A DNA stretch of 63,191 nucleotides, filler included, from Chiloscyllium plagiosum (lineage: Eukaryota), in assembly GCF_004010195.1 (NCBI RefSeq). It is 3 parts of one record of this genome, joined end to end, with 100 filler letters (N's around TTAATTAATTAA, not from the genome) between each part and the next. Parts side by side here need not be neighbours in the genome. Positions count along the whole stretch, not along the records: positions 50,133 to 63,191 come from NC_057716.1; 2 more parts are not named here. One strand, given 5' to 3'. The notes under the pieces were generated by a model. That model saw only the letters and a list, made by a program, of their open reading frames with translations. It did not search any database and was not told the DNA's origin. Position 1 is the first letter of the stretch, and the number at the start of each line of letters is the position of its first letter. Both the position numbers and the translations under genes were made by a program. Positions 62,021 through 63,191 of the stretch are shown piece by piece.

Positions 62021-63191
62021 GCTGAAAATGTGTTGCTGGAAAAGCGCAGCAGGTCAGGCAGCATCCAAGGAGCAGGAGAATCGACGTTTCGGGCATGAGC
62101 CCTTCTTCAGGAATGACGCCTCATTCCTGAAGAAGGGCTCATGCCCAAAACGTCAATTCTCCTGCTCCTTGGATGCTGCCTGACCTGCTGCGCTTTTCCA
62201 GCAACACATTTTCAGCTCTGATCTCCAGCATCTGCAGTCCTCACTTTCTCCTAGAAGATTTTAACCTACTGCGAATCCTCTTATAAGGATGCCTTCCTTG
62301 AAGAAGCTCTCTTCCTCCCTCTACAAGGATTTCAGTGAGTCCCTCTCTCACTGCACGCCCACAGGTCATCTCCTCTGCCCTGAAGCTCTTCAGCCACGTT
62401 CTCAAACAGACTCGCTACCACAGCCACATCTTCTTCCTCAGCACCTGTCTACGGAACCGACTGGCCCCGCACGGACTCCGGACTACTTTCAGATCAACAA
62501 AATTTGGACCCAAACAGGACAACCAGTACCTACAACAAATCCGAAGCCTCCAGCAACAGATCTCCCTCCAGATCCTCCGCTCCACGCTTGCAGCCATGCG
62601 CCACTACCTACATTCACTGCAATTAGCCCTACCCCTGCTCAGGGCAACACTTGCAAAGGACCTCCACTGTTCTTCATCCACAGAAGAATCCATACACTAA
62701 ACAAACAGTTCTTCCTCGCCATATCGGAAATTAAAGAAAGTAAGTACCAAAAACTTTCATGTACTTAAGCCCACACTCAATGTTCCTCAACTGTTCCAGA
62801 ATCTTCCATCAGCCTCCAAAATTACTCGGGTGCCATTAACCACGCGGCCGCTGCAGTACCCGTGGCAGCAACCGCCACCACGAACCATGACGTCACTGAT
62901 GCCCCCACCGACCATGCAGCCTCCTCGATCGCCGCACAGACAACTGCCTCCACGATCGCCAGGAAGACCATCGTCGACAGATTCGCAGCCTCCGCAGGGT
63001 CCACGGCTATCGGGAACAACACCGTTTCTGCCGTCGCCACGGCCACTTCTGCCCCCGGGGTTGCCGTCGCCGCAGCCACTTCCGCCCCCAGTGACATCAT
63101 TCACCTGCGCAACGACCACGCCGCATGCGTTTCCGCCCCCACACCGATCTCCGTTCGCACGCCTAACCCCGCCCCCACGCCGATCTCCGTT
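62021..63191 (+). mobile_element. Penelope-like element 5' region: inverted plus direct pseudo-LTR, then ORF start (runs off the window)
   Basis: About 62021-62115 is the reverse complement of about 62122-62217. The ORF N-terminus QVISSALKLFSHVLKQTRYHSHIFFLSTCLRNRLAPHGL is homologous to 26700-27070. Confidence 0.85.
62083..62110 (-). ncRNA. Minimal hammerhead ribozyme motif (intact copies also at 4056-4083 and 8465-8492, minus strand)
   Basis: CUGAAGA-a-GGGC-ucau-GCCC-GAAAC-GUC. Confidence 0.65.

Noticed and set aside
62787..63119. Gly/Ala/Val-rich minus-strand ORFs
   Set aside because: Antisense readings of the GC-rich Penelope linker.

Overview
Repeat-dense eukaryotic genomic DNA, almost certainly from an elasmobranch (HE1/V-SINEs and HER1/CR1-type LINEs; species not determinable). 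It has three assembly gaps: 1489-1988, 27790-27889 and 50033-50132, the last two holding an artificial TTAATTAATTAA spacer. The only host gene I can support is a minus-strand mannose-receptor-family gene best matching PLA2R1. Six phase-compatible CTLD2-CTLD4 exons (46264 to 30016) are followed, across a gap, by the stalk micro-exon and the transmembrane/tail exon (22593 to 20066); the CTLD4(C-terminal) to CTLD8 exons are missing. Most of the rest is transposon debris: CR1-type LINEs (one with a twin-priming-like 5' inversion), an L1 ORF1, a Rex1/Babar-like LINE, many Penelope-like elements with minimal hammerhead ribozyme motifs and fold-back mini-insertions, a Tigger4/MER46-like MITE and a Gypsy gag remnant. 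The most notable element is a heavily decayed minus-strand endogenous retrovirus-like sequence (about 50360-55240), mostly invisible in the ORF track. It has RT, a tether, a second RNase H, integrase and an env-like region with two RIKR-type furin motifs, so it is a candidate lokiretrovirus- or spuma-related lineage. Protein and repeat-family comparisons are from recalled sequences and were not computed.
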